Source: an uncultured virus (IMG/VR IMGVR_UViG_3300008111_000022)
Taxonomy: Duplodnaviria; Heunggongvirae; Uroviricota; Caudoviricetes
Strand: one strand, 5' to 3'
DNA: 64,000 nucleotides
IMG/VR virus record: IMGVR_UViG_3300008111_000022
Part shown: one piece after another, positions 50,642-61,944 of the stretch
How positions within the stretch are numbered: position 1 is the stretch's first letter
Layout: each line of letters starts with the position of its first letter
Made by a program: the position numbers and the translations under genes
The notes under the pieces: model-generated
What the model was told of the DNA's origin: nothing
The model's database searches: none
Seen by the model: only the letters and a program-made list of their open reading frames with translations

Positions 50642-51070
50642 TCACCCAAAATACTTCTCAACTCCTATGGGTTCACCGAAACTATAATCATATGTGAGGG
50701 CATTGTGACAGATATAGTGAGCATGATTGGTAGAAACACCTAGTCTTTCACACAATTCCTTATGATTATCTTCCATAAGTTCAACAGCATAGAGCATATT
50801 TTCAAGAATGTGGTCTAAACTGTGATATTCAAGTAATTTGTCCCGCAGGGCAACCATAAAGTTGCCCGAGCCAGCAGAATTGTCTAAAAATTTAGAAGTA
50901 GGATCTTTCAGTACATCTTCTGGCAGATCACTGACCATTTTTTGACAAACTTCCATTGGTGTGAACACTTCTTGAGTGATCTTGATTCTTTCATCAGATC
51001 TCTCAATTTTAGATCCAACTTCTTTATTGTGCTTGTTCTTGGTATTCGATATAGGATTCGATAAGTTCAT
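50642..51070 (-). CDS. Adenine DNA methyltransferase SAM-binding half (motifs X, I-III only)
   Basis: QEVFTP, FLDNSAGSGNF, LYAVEL, ICHNAL; ends before any NPPY. Confidence 0.75.
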   Translation of the reverse strand: MNLSNPISNTKNKHNKEVGSKIERSDERIKITQEVFTPMEVCQKMVSDLPEDVLKDPTSKFLDNSAGSGNFMVALRDKLLEYHSLDHILENMLYAVELMEDNHKELCERLGVSTNHAHYICHNALTYDYSFGEPIGVEKYFG

Positions 51071-52265
51071 GCTTTGAGACGTGATTTCTACCGTTAGTTT
51101 GTGATGCAAGTTCAATCAGTTTTGGTTCAAGTTCTTTGATAGTATCAATCACTTGTTGAGTTTTTGCATGAATAAAAAAGTGAGAATATTCATAGTGTTG
51201 AAAATTTTCTGTAAGAACTTTGCCCGCATGACCAGTTCTCATCACAAACAGATTAGCACTAGGGTCACCTTTCTTGACAAATTCAAAGTCTGGATGAGTT
51301 TTATAAGTTTCAATTTTAGTTCTTAGTTCAGACCTAACTTCCCATCGTTGGACAACTGCATTGATACCACCAGGAAAAGACTTATCATCACAATCAATGT
51401 CTTCTACACAATGTAAATCTTTTCTGATTTTATTTTGACTAGATGGTTTACGAATAGAAGTGGGCAAAACAAGACTAATAATACCACCAGGAACAACACG
51501 ATCTGCTGCACAATTCAAGAAACGAATTGCAAGATTACCAGCATTACCATAAGGTGGGTTGCCAATTACAACATTAAATGCTTGAGACATAAACTCATCG
51601 TTTGAAATAAGATTTACATTTTCATTTTCACTGACATACAATGGCAAAGAAGAATTTTCTTCAACATTATGAGTGAAAATATTCACAAATCCTTGATTGA
51701 TTAGATACTCACAATATGCACCATGGGCATCATAAGGAACAAATATTTTAACATTTTTTGGAAGATTTTGCAATAGATTTGTTTGGTAGATAATCAGTTC
51801 CATTGGCACGACTCTATGTGCTTCACCCTTTCTACCTTTTCTCTCCCTCAGAAACTTACCAGGCGATTGCCCAGTCTTTTTCTCGTACTCGTAGTAATAA
51901 TCATTCAAATTGCGAATGATTTTAACAATATCTTCAATTGCATCTTCATAACTTTGATGAGTAAAAGTTACAAAAAAGTCATGAGAACCTTCTTTATCTG
52001 GATTCTTCAAAAAATGGTGAGAAAGCATCCGATCATGAACGGCATAGTCAGTCAGATCAGGATGAACTTCTAACATCGCATAAACTTCTGGTTTGGTGAA
52101 AAAATGAGAATAATCTCCATTTGCAAACCTATATTCAAACATGCGATGTTCGGTCATACCAACATCAAGACCAATTGGATACTCTGATCCACCGATAAGT
52201 TCACTACATTTTCTCCATTCTTTTGTGGTATGGACGTAAATGTGATTCTTTTCTCGAACTTTCAT
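51024..52265 (-). CDS. Adenine DNA methyltransferase catalytic/TRD half (Eco57I-like)
   Basis: FNVVIGNPPY motif IV; GGIISLVLPTS; motif I region is degenerate (FVPYDAHGAY). Confidence 0.75.
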   Translation of the reverse strand: MKVREKNHIYVHTTKEWRKCSELIGGSEYPIGLDVGMTEHRMFEYRFANGDYSHFFTKPEVYAMLEVHPDLTDYAVHDRMLSHHFLKNPDKEGSHDFFVTFTHQSYEDAIEDIVKIIRNLNDYYYEYEKKTGQSPGKFLRERKGRKGEAHRVVPMELIIYQTNLLQNLPKNVKIFVPYDAHGAYCEYLINQGFVNIFTHNVEENSSLPLYVSENENVNLISNDEFMSQAFNVVIGNPPYGNAGNLAIRFLNCAADRVVPGGIISLVLPTSIRKPSSQNKIRKDLHCVEDIDCDDKSFPGGINAVVQRWEVRSELRTKIETYKTHPDFEFVKKGDPSANLFVMRTGHAGKVLTENFQHYEYSHFFIHAKTQQVIDTIKELEPKLIELASQTNGRNHVSKHELIESYIEYQEQAQ

Positions 52266-52296
52266 AATTTAAATTGAATCTTTAATATTTTACAAT

Positions 52297-52320
52297 AAAA
52301 AAGGGGAGTACTACTCCCCC
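52297..52320 (-). terminator. Intrinsic terminator after cp12, embedded in the next promoter
   Basis: GGGGAGTAGTACTCCCC followed by TTTTTT on the minus strand. Confidence 0.75.
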
Positions 52321-52344
52321 AGTGTGCCAGTTTTAAAACTGTCT

Positions 52345-52557
52345 TCAATCATCATAGATTTTACACTCTGCTGCATCAGGATGAGTGTCACAGTAGAGTT
52401 CTAAAGGTGTTGGATCGTGTGACTCACCAGGATGATGTTCTTTATATGCTTTCAGTGCTTCTAATTCTTCTTCAGTATGTCTCCTTGATTGTGGAGAAAT
52501 TGTTGGATCACTCAGAAGATCTTCATCTTTCTGAATATGTTGGTCGATGTTATCCAT
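52345..52557 (-). CDS. cp12: CP12 Calvin-cycle inhibitor (auxiliary metabolic gene)
   Basis: 70 aa from the ATG at 52557; C-terminus PTPLELYCDTHPDAAECKIYDD. Confidence 0.9.
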   Translation of the reverse strand: MDNIDQHIQKDEDLLSDPTISPQSRRHTEEELEALKAYKEHHPGESHDPTPLELYCDTHPDAAECKIYDD

Positions 52558-52585
52558 GGTTTTGTATCGTGATAATATATTTATT

Positions 52586-53641
52586 TTATCTAGGAGTGCA
52601 ATCACCTTTTCCTTCAAGTGAACGAACCATAAGTTCAGTGAATTTTTCCATCTTTTCAGCAGAAACTGACTGGGGACGATAAGTTATAGCATCTTTGAGT
52701 GCTACAAGTTCATCCCATTCCTCTTGAGTAAGATTTTTAGGACCAGTTTTTGCTAGAGTCATAGGTGTTTTGCGATGTGTCCCAATATTAGCATTCCAAT
52801 ACATTAGTATCTAGTAACTTAATGTTTTCTTTGGGATCACGTTACATTACTTAATGAAGTCATCAAGTGCATCAAGATCATCTTTCAGTTCTTGTTCCCT
52901 TTTCTTATCATGATAATAAGACCAGAGAGCATTATGAACATCCATCAGGTGATCAACCCAGAAACCAGCAGGATAGATGCCAAGTTCAGATTGAAGACCA
53001 CGATGACTAGTTCCTTCACTTTCTGCCTTACACATAATGTAAGTGATTGCTTGGACCATATCAATTTTATCTTCTTCAGAAAGCATAAAATACTTTCCTA
53101 CTGCACGTTGTTTTGCTTCTTCACTTGCCTTTTGAAGTTCTTTGCAGGCATCAGAAGCATACCATTGCTCTAAATGCTTTCGTAGATTGCTGGGTTGTTC
53201 AGTCATCTTTTCCAAAGATAGTTCCAAAGAAACCAGAGTCTCCTGGTTTGCGGTTTTCAAGTTTATCAAGCAGAGAATCAGTGGTCATCACAGACTCAAT
53301 GCGACTGATAAGATCGGCAATGACTGAACATACCATCGGACGTTCTTGACGGGCAGCATAAGCAAGTGCATTACGCAGAGATTGTTCTGCCTCTTTTAGG
53401 GATTCTTCAACAGATTGTGATAGTGCCATACTTCGGGGTTCTCCAAGTCTTTACAACGGGGGTAGAAGATGCCGTCACGATAACAAGCATGTTCTGGGTT
53501 TGGTTTATCATATTTTACCACATTTGGAGGATAATCTCTAACATTACAGAGTTCTCCTTGTCTGGTAATAAAGTTTTCAAGGCATAAACCTCCAACAAAT
53601 GGAGCAAGACCTTGTAGCATATAGAGTGTATACATCAGCAC
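52586..53641 (-). other. Four small hypothetical genes (52586, 52847, 53199, 53396)
   Basis: Packed minus-strand ORFs; true starts are probably downstream of the track starts in some. Confidence 0.55.
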
Positions 53642-54318
53642 TCATCGGGTCCAAGAGGTTTGGTAACTTTTTTCAAAGTGTAAGAACCAGCATTATCTAC
53701 CCACTCAATCTGATCACCTTCTTTAAGGTTTGCTGCTTCTAACAAGTCATCTGGAAAAGATACAAAGTATTCGATTTCATCGGTATCAGCATCTTTACAC
53801 TCTTCTACAGGAAGAATCCATTTCTTTACTTTATCAGGTTTTGTACTAGGTGTCCAATCATATCCACCTTCTTGACGGATTCGTTCGACTTCAGCATCAA
53901 GTTCTGCTTTATCACACATAGCATTCAGTTCTTCTTCAGTATATTGTTGAGGTTCTTCTGACCAATTATTAACATCTCCCCAGAAAGAATTCCAAGCACC
54001 TTTACATTCAGGAGACTGGTCATCCCTATCACAAATACGTGGAAACTTTTCACCAGTTGCAGTATAGTCACATCCATCACCACTACGCAAGTCACCTACA
54101 GTTGCCTGCCAGGCATCCTTGAACTTCTCATCAAACTCTTCAATAAAGTATCCGAGAAACTCATATGCTGCCATAGTCATACTTTCAGCACGTTCTTGTT
54201 GATTTGAACTACAACATTCATTTGCAATGTCAATCATTTCACGGGCAGAAACGACCTTTGCAATGACCTGCTCAAGGTCATTCATTGTGCGCCAAACTTT
54301 CTGGTAATCAACGGTCAT
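53635..54318 (-). CDS. Protein with C-terminal AbrB/MazE-like domain
   Basis: YFVSFPDDLLEAANLKEGDQIEWVDNAGSYTLKKV; promoter TTGACT-17-TATAGT at 54345-54373. Confidence 0.6.
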   Translation of the reverse strand: MTVDYQKVWRTMNDLEQVIAKVVSAREMIDIANECCSSNQQERAESMTMAAYEFLGYFIEEFDEKFKDAWQATVGDLRSGDGCDYTATGEKFPRICDRDDQSPECKGAWNSFWGDVNNWSEEPQQYTEEELNAMCDKAELDAEVERIRQEGGYDWTPSTKPDKVKKWILPVEECKDADTDEIEYFVSFPDDLLEAANLKEGDQIEWVDNAGSYTLKKVTKPLGPDEC

Positions 54319-54458
54319 TGAGGTGGTCTTTGATTGCTTGTTCTACTATAACCTGAATCTCTTTGGAAGTCAACCCATTCAACCATTTCCAATTTGGGTC
54401 TTCTTTATTCCATTCCATCGAAAAGGATCCATCCTCATTTTCTGTTATCTTAAGACTA

Positions 54459-55230
54459 TCAGCACTCATCGCAGTCACTATCCTTATGTTTTTTACGAAT
54501 CTTTTTGAGTTGTTTTAGTTCTTCCTTGATCATCTTATAGGCAGCATCACTATCAATCTTATCACCTATTTCAAGGGCAATAATAATATCTACACGAGTT
54601 CCAAAGTGTGCTAGTGCTTTCTCAAAACAATCTAGTTCATACATCGGTATTAATCCTACAATGTTCGGCAAGAATATCTATGCGGGCATCCAGAGAGTTT
54701 TCCATCCGATAGAGTTCATTGGTGGTCTCTATGTTTTCTTCTTCTAACACTTTGACTCTTGCCTCAAGATCAACAAGACGGTCATAAAGTTCGTCAATAA
54801 AAATAGGTTCATCTGAGAGGGGTTTAATTGATGGTGCAAAGATCCAATCAACAAATTGTTTAATAATCATAATACTCCAACTTCTCTCAAATAATTACGA
54901 TAGGCAGCATACCTTTGCCACTTTGGTTGGTTAGGAACATTAAGTTGATGACAAATCTCACAATAACACAACCACTCATACCAAGGAGTAGTAGGATCTA
55001 ACTCATGATATGGGTATTCAGAGTTTTCCATCCACTACACCCGAATGAACTTTTTCGGGTTCAGGCCAACCTTCCTGCCGTCCTTTAAGATAAAAACGGG
55101 TTCCTGATATACATTGCTCTTCAGTGAGAGCCGAGACCAATCCATTTCCTTCTTTGTCATAACTATCCCAGAGAAATCGTCCTTGTTTAACATAAAAACA
55201 ATCGTCAATTAGTTTCTTTTCCATAATCAC
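54459..55230 (-). other. Small hypothetical genes (54459, 54637, 55018 and short unlisted ORFs)
   Basis: Packed minus-strand ORFs. Confidence 0.55.
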
Positions 55231-55751
55231 ATTGTATATAAAATAATATTACTAATTTTTCCATGATCATCAAACTTTAATATGTGATTCATATTTAATG
55301 GTGTAACGATATCAGTATACTTAAATTTAATCATGCAAGAAAACATATGTTCCCAAGGAACAATAAAAAGATGATCATCTACATCATTAGATTCTGGACA
55401 ACAATTATAGGTTGAAGAAAATCCACCACCTGTACTCATTATCATTTTAATGCTCAGATTAATATTTTCAATAGGAAAATTTTTAGGATTGAAAGTACTT
55501 AGACATGAAAGTAACATTTTAATAGCAGAATTTTTATCTGAAAAATATTCATTGCGTGTATATAAAAGAATATTCTCTGATAAAATTGATTTTAGTTCAC
55601 TTATATTTTTTTGTCTAAATGCATGAATATAATTATTTACTGTTAGATAATCTTTAGTCGTTTGATCTGATAAAGAAAAAACTTTACTATTTTCTTTTGT
55701 AAAATTTTCTGTTAAAGATTCTCTAATAATAGATTTTGTTGCACTATCCAT
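55227..55751 (-). CDS. AT-rich gene, possible SnoaL/NTF2-like fold
   Basis: YIHAFRQKNISELKSILSENI...ILKFDDHGKISNI pattern. Confidence 0.45.
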   Translation of the reverse strand: MDSATKSIIRESLTENFTKENSKVFSLSDQTTKDYLTVNNYIHAFRQKNISELKSILSENILLYTRNEYFSDKNSAIKMLLSCLSTFNPKNFPIENINLSIKMIMSTGGGFSSTYNCCPESNDVDDHLFIVPWEHMFSCMIKFKYTDIVTPLNMNHILKFDDHGKISNIILYTM

Positions 55752-55919
55752 TTTTTAAATCTGGATGAGGAGCATAAAGTGGTCCAGAATAATTTCCAGC
55801 AAATTTAATTTTATTTACTTGCTTTACAGTTTCATGAAGTTGCTTAATTGCTTTGATAGTTTCAGGAGTTTCTTCCCACTCCCATGAATTGCCATTTTTA
55901 TCAACAAAGTTTCTAGTTG

Positions 55920-56948
55920 TCATAGAGTAATCCAACGATTATTTTCAAGAGTCCATTGAGTAACTTCTGCGATGCGTTCTTTTACCGATTTGGCAGGAAC
56001 CCAACCCAGTTGCTTCATTTTATCACCATCAAGAGCATAACGCAAATCATGTCCAGGACGAGAAGAATGAAAATCTACAAGATCATATTTTAATTCTTTT
56101 CCTTGTGCTTCTGCAATGATCTTTGCAAGTTCTAAATTGTTGAGTTCTTCCGAACCAACAATGTTAAACTTAGGGCATTTAGAGTTACCCCAAGTAGGTT
56201 CAAACTCACCCTCATAATTCAATAGGAATAGAACAGCAGATGCAACATCTTCAGCATGAATGTAATGACGAGAACCAGGAATCGTTCGAGTAGAATCACT
56301 GTGAATAGTCACAGTTTCACCATCACGAATCCGTTTGATACACATTGGAATGTACTTCTCAGGATGCTGACGTTCACCAAACACATTCATCGTATGGGTG
56401 ATGTAAATCGGCAGACCATAAGTATTCTCATAAGCAACCGCAAGTTCTTCACCACCTGCTTTAGTCGCACTATAAGGGTTGGTTGAATTATACCGATCAT
56501 TCTCTTTATATTTGATTCCATTTGGGGCAGGACCAAATACTTCATCGGTACTAAAGTAAATGAACCTTTCTAGGTTGTCTTTTTGAGTTCTTGCAAATTC
56601 AAGAATGTTGCACGTTGCCACAACATTATCAAGTACAAACTCCATAGGGTATTCAATACTGCGGTCAACATGAGAACCAGCAGCAAGATGCAGAATATAA
56701 TCAACCTGACCAATTTCAAATCTAATAAGAGGATTAAGTTCTGCTTTTAGATCATGATGAACAACTTTAACCCTCTTACGAACTTCTAAGTCAAATGAAA
56801 GCATCAAATCATGAAGACGATTAAGGTTTCCACTGTAATCGAGTCGATCAAGAGTAACGACTTCCCAATCAGTGTTCTTTAACACTTCACCAATTAAATG
56901 ATGGGCAATGAAACCTGCACCACCAGTAATGAGAGCTCGTTTAGTCAT
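55920..56948 (-). CDS. rfbB: NAD-dependent NDP-sugar dehydratase (dTDP-glucose 4,6-dehydratase-like)
   Basis: ITGGAGFI, LHLAAGSHVDRSI, STDEVFG, YSATK, RPGHDLRYALD. Confidence 0.88.
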   Translation of the reverse strand: MTKRALITGGAGFIAHHLIGEVLKNTDWEVVTLDRLDYSGNLNRLHDLMLSFDLEVRKRVKVVHHDLKAELNPLIRFEIGQVDYILHLAAGSHVDRSIEYPMEFVLDNVVATCNILEFARTQKDNLERFIYFSTDEVFGPAPNGIKYKENDRYNSTNPYSATKAGGEELAVAYENTYGLPIYITHTMNVFGERQHPEKYIPMCIKRIRDGETVTIHSDSTRTIPGSRHYIHAEDVASAVLFLLNYEGEFEPTWGNSKCPKFNIVGSEELNNLELAKIIAEAQGKELKYDLVDFHSSRPGHDLRYALDGDKMKQLGWVPAKSVKERIAEVTQWTLENNRWITL

Positions 56949-57424
56949 AATTATTCTTCAAATTTGTAACTTAGTTTAATGTCTTTCTTTTTGAGTTTGT
57001 AACGATCGATGTGTTTTTGACGATTGTGTTCACTATCAAAGTAACACTTACGAGTTTCATTTCCATCTTTATAAATTAATTTCCAGGGAAATTGGTCAAA
57101 AGGAAATTCTTCAGTACGATCCATCAGGTAGGTTGTTCAACACGTTGAGTATACACGGTATCAAACAGTTCGTCAAGTACCTCACTACATGTATGATACT
57201 CTTTGCTGTTCAGCACGGTCTTATCATACTGATACCGACGCACAGCATTCCTCCATAAAGTCGTTTCCCATCATTATATCCTACCTCATATGCTGTTTGC
57301 AACCACTCAACAATTTTTTTATAATCGTTTGTTTTGGCAGCATAATCAAAGTCATCATAGAACCATTCGGAACGGAAAGAAAATCCTACTAATTCATTAA
57401 ACCATTTATCAAATTCTTTTTCCA

Positions 57425-57901
57425 TCACATTTCACCAAGAGTATGGATCACAGGTTTTTCGTGTGCAAGAATATGATATAGATCTGGGTTCTTTGCTGCC
57501 GATATAGGAACAAACTCGGTTTTATCATCAAACTCTTCGTCACGAATCGCCTGATTAATGACAATAGATCCCTCTTCACCAGACCAGGATCGGTGGAAAG
57601 TCATTTTAGGAATCACAAGAGCCCCAGAACTACGATTAAGATGTACAATGTGATATGGATATCTCCACTCAGGATTCACCAGTTCAAATGTACGAATACC
57701 TTGTAGAACACGATTGTGATCTACCTGATGATAGTGAATATAAAACTGTTTTGCACCCACAATATCATCGGGAGGACTAGTTGCTGGACCTTCGTGGACA
57801 ACAAGATCCGATGCATTCGATCCTTCTACTGAAATATCGTAGAAGATAACTGATTGAGTTTCACGGAAGACTCTGTGCTTCTTAAAAGTTACTTCACTCA
57901 T
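57425..57901 (-). CDS. RmlC-like cupin protein
   Basis: FYIHYHQVD...GALVIPKMTFHRS. Confidence 0.6.
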   Translation of the reverse strand: MSEVTFKKHRVFRETQSVIFYDISVEGSNASDLVVHEGPATSPPDDIVGAKQFYIHYHQVDHNRVLQGIRTFELVNPEWRYPYHIVHLNRSSGALVIPKMTFHRSWSGEEGSIVINQAIRDEEFDDKTEFVPISAAKNPDLYHILAHEKPVIHTLGEM

Positions 57902-58495
57902 TAGTCGTAAATGTTTTGCTCTTGCTGTATTCTATCTAGGTGATGATAAATGGTCTCTTGTGAATACTTAAACTCATTAAATCGTTGCGGATTATTTTTT
58001 TGCATTTTAGTAAGCATATTGATCCACTGGTAACGACTATCAACGACCCAACCATAACGCCGTTCGTCTTGCATCATATCATAAATTGAAATCATTTGAA
58101 CCCCTTGCTCTTTTTTTGTGGTATATCAATCACTTCAATATGACTTACGAAGTTTGATGGTGACCGAAACCAAGCTGCTTGAACATCCATATAATTATCA
58201 AAAAGAACTTCTTGATTATTACTATATACCAATTTGTAGTGATGTCTAATATACGGTTCATCCGATGTTTGTTTGAAAATTTTGGGTAATTCGGTAGTCA
58301 TTTTAGATAACGTTCCTTTTCAGAGTCGAAAGTTGTCCACTTTGCTATTTTAAGGCACATCAGCAAAGTTTGGTGTTCACGATTATACAGTTCTAAATCT
58401 TCTTTAAGTTTTGCAGCATGTCGTCTTCGATAGGCACAGCACCAGACATTATAATAGATTTTTGCCTTTTCAGAAAGAGTCATTAATTTAACCAA
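57901..58495 (-). other. Three small hypothetical genes (57901, 58092, 58298)
   Basis: Overlapping stop/start junctions. Confidence 0.6.
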
Positions 58496-59099
58496 GATGT
58501 ACAGAAATAAACTGACTCAAACAATATCTACCTAATCCTTTGTTTTTATTGTCATCAGAAATGTATACTTTATTAACTGAGTGCCAAATATTAGAAGGAA
58601 ATACAATACACGAATTATTCTTACATGGTATTTTTATGTCATAATCTGGAAAAAGAAACTCACCTCCCAAAAATTGTTTTGGTTCTTTATATAACCAGGT
58701 ACAGGCAGTTACATAGGAATCATCATTATGTTTTAGATAATGGTCTCCATCATCATAATAAGAAAGAAGCATAGTATCAGCATTAAAATTAATATCTTTA
58801 AAAAACCATGATGATGGGTGATTAATATAAAATGGTTTATATAACTTTTTAAAGATATTTTTAAGATTTAACGTAGAAGCATTTGTGTGGTCACTATCTA
58901 ACCAAATTCCACTATTTGCTTTTAATATTTTGGTTTCTGTACCAATATCAACCTCAGCAGAACCAGTCTTCTCTGGAGGTAGAAATAAACCATCAATAGA
59001 GTTCAATACATCAATTTCTTCCCATATTAACTTTAACTCTTCTTCTGAATAAAGATTTTCAAAATAAAGATAGTGAAATGGATATGTTATTAACGTCAT
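58488..59099 (-). CDS. 2OG-Fe(II) oxygenase
   Basis: YLKHNDD, FLGGEFLF, WHSV, RYCLSQF. Confidence 0.85.
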   Translation of the reverse strand: MTLITYPFHYLYFENLYSEEELKLIWEEIDVLNSIDGLFLPPEKTGSAEVDIGTETKILKANSGIWLDSDHTNASTLNLKNIFKKLYKPFYINHPSSWFFKDINFNADTMLLSYYDDGDHYLKHNDDSYVTACTWLYKEPKQFLGGEFLFPDYDIKIPCKNNSCIVFPSNIWHSVNKVYISDDNKNKGLGRYCLSQFISVHLG

Positions 59100-59344
59100 T
59101 GTCCCAATCTCAACTTGCGTTCTGGTGAAATGGTGCGATTGAATGGGTCATCATAAGGAAAAATATATTCTTGCATCCAACCATAAGAAAGTGCTTCCCA
59201 AAAATCATCTGGAAAGTGCTCAATAGTATCATAACTATCCAAAGCAGTACACACCAATCCAAAGTGTTCTCTCATTCATGCTTTCTAGATGAAACATCTG
59301 AATGTCTTGAAGCACAATCTCATCGGGGTTTTCAGCAAATCTGC

Positions 59345-61944
59345 TCATCTCAAACTATCCAATACTTGAATAACAAAGGCAATACTATCAGCATATTCTC
59401 TACCATCTTGTCCACCCTGAACAATCCACCAAATCTCCTGAATACCTGCTTCTACTCGTTCTTCACGGGTCATTTCTGAAAGTGGTTTTGGTGGTTCTGG
59501 TTTATAGTTGTCCATTGCTGTTTTAGTAGCATCCAAAACTTTCTGATAATCTTCATCAGAAACTTTTGCATTGATTGCTTCATTACTCTCAATCTCAGCA
59601 AGTTGTTTGAGACCATCACCATTCTCATCATACAGTTTTTCAACTGCTTTCAATGCTGCTTCCCGTCGTGCTGCCTCTTCTAACATTTCTTCGTGGTTCA
59701 TAAGTTGTCGGATTTTCTCCTTTCCGTATTGTGTGAGTTCTTGTTTCTTGGTGCGGAGTTCTTGGACTTCTTCATCAGTGAGCCCAATCACCCAAGGCAT
59801 ATCTTCACTCATAAGTCTCACCCATACTCTCTAAAATACTACGAGCAAAGGAAACTAAACCGTATTTACTACCATCATCAAATGTCGCATCATGATCGTC
59901 TGAATAGTAATACAGATCATCTCCTTTTCGTCCATCATAACAATGTTTATCTTTAGCAAGAATCTTCAGTTCTTTGAGTAGAAATGTAAGTTTTTGTTCA
60001 GAAGTCATACTTTGCCTCCACTTCCTTTACATATTTCAGGAAATAATCATCGCCATGGTCACCACTATACAAATAGTCGATGTGACGCATGATCTCTGAC
60101 ATCTTACGCATTTTGGGTAGTTGCTCTTTCAGATACTCAATCACTTCTGGTTCGTGGTTGGGATACCATTCTTCACCATAAGTGCGGTCTTCTTGCCTAG
60201 CTCTACCATTATTGCCAATCTCTGCTTCTAATTCATCAGCAAATTGTGATACCTTGTAGTAATCATAACCACAACCACCAAAATGTCCGCCGCTCATCGT
60301 TGTGCCTCTATGATAGATTTGATTTGTAACAGATCATCTAGACGTTGCTTTGCTTCATCATACTCCTCACAGAAGTAATCGTATCGTGATGTATGCTCTT
60401 CGTCATCAGCATAATTCATCTCTTCACGGATTTCCCATTCAATATCAGAACACCTTGCTCGGGTGTCGTCAATGAAGTATTCTAGAGTATCAATCAAGCT
60501 CATTCTTCTTCCTCTTCTTCATAAGGGAACATAACATCATACTCCTCGTCTGTCAAGGTAAGATACTGATTCCCAGTTACAATCGTTGCTTACATTGACC
60601 CAGAAGAAGTATTTTTGGTTCTCACTGGCGAGAAACAGCATACCATCACCTTTGTCCTGCTCTACAATACAGATAGGGTTGTTGTCCATTGTATTACAGA
60701 GGCGGTTCTTTGCCTTGCTGCTTTTCGGTTTTACAGTCACTCTTCGCATTTGAGGCTCACCCGTGGTGGAATGTCCATAAGTTCATCATACAGCATCTTG
60801 GCAAACCCATAGTGGGGTCGTATGCCAGTTTCAATACTGGTTGAGGTAGCAACCGTCCACATAATATCAAGGGTTCTTTTATCAGGTAGTTTCTTCATTT
60901 TCTTCATCAGTCAGGACAGTTCCCATAGGACCTTTTTTCAGTCGTTCCCACTCTTCTTCTGCTTGTTTCCAATCCTCAAACTTACCTTTCAAATCTTCTG
61001 CGAGAGTGAGTTCGAACTCTTCTGCAACCTTACGCATATCTTCTTCTTTTCGGTGTTCACCGAATGCAATACCACAAGCACCTTTCATAATGTTGATGTC
61101 ATCATGACCCATTGCACGGGCAACAGTTGCGAAAAAGTTAAACAATTGATAAGTGTTAAGGTCTTCGGCAGGAATCTGAAAAGTATAATGCTCTTCAGGG
61201 AGCATCATATCATCAAACCCACTGCTGTAATGGGTGGAGGTCCATTCAGTATCAAAAGAAACTTTGAGAGTTGCCTTGTAAGTCATGGGTCTGTTTTGAA
61301 TATACTCATTATAGGGGTAGTTCCACCCATTTTAGGGGTGGGTGTGCCAGTTAGTCAAGTGTCATCGTCTTCTAACAATTCTTCCAGTTCTTTCATAACA
61401 TCTTCCAAAGGATATGTCTTTACTTTACCAGCATCAATATCTTCCACCATTTGTTGTAAGTACTCAAGAAACTCTTTGGGTAGAGTATCATCATCACCTA
61501 AAGAACCCCAGAACCAACTCACACATTCTTCATAGGGGTCATCATACCACATCAGGGCATAGTCCTTATAGTTTCCCGTCATCAGGTCTGCCCAGATACG
61601 GAACGACCCACGAATACTCTGCCATCCAGTCATCCAGCAGTGACCGATATAATACTCAAACCAGTTCATTTTTCACCTGGTTGAACATAAAACAACTCAT
61701 CACGCCAGTTGCGACCAGCAATATCAAAACTGAAACCTAACTTACCTACAGAAAGAAGGAAAGAGAACAACCGACCATATCCCATAGAGATTTGTAAATA
61801 AGGCCATTCTATCCATTTACCATACTCACCAAAGTCAATTGCGACTTGAAGAAGTGCATATCGTTCAGTTAGAAAGAGAAAAAGGTAAAACTCTTTACCG
61901 TAGTCTTCTCTGACTCCCCACTTTGCGACTTGAAATAGTTTCAT
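59345..61944 (-). other. Run of hypothetical genes (59345, 59805, 59998, 60294, 60537, 60737-60898, 60882, 61355, 61666)
   Basis: Packed minus-strand ORFs; palindrome-type promoter at 61308-61366. Confidence 0.6.

Noticed and set aside
35372..61366. TGGCAC as a sigma54 -24 element
   Set aside because: No TTGC at the -12 position, the motif is palindromic and tied to sigma70 -10 boxes, and cyanobacteria lack sigma54.
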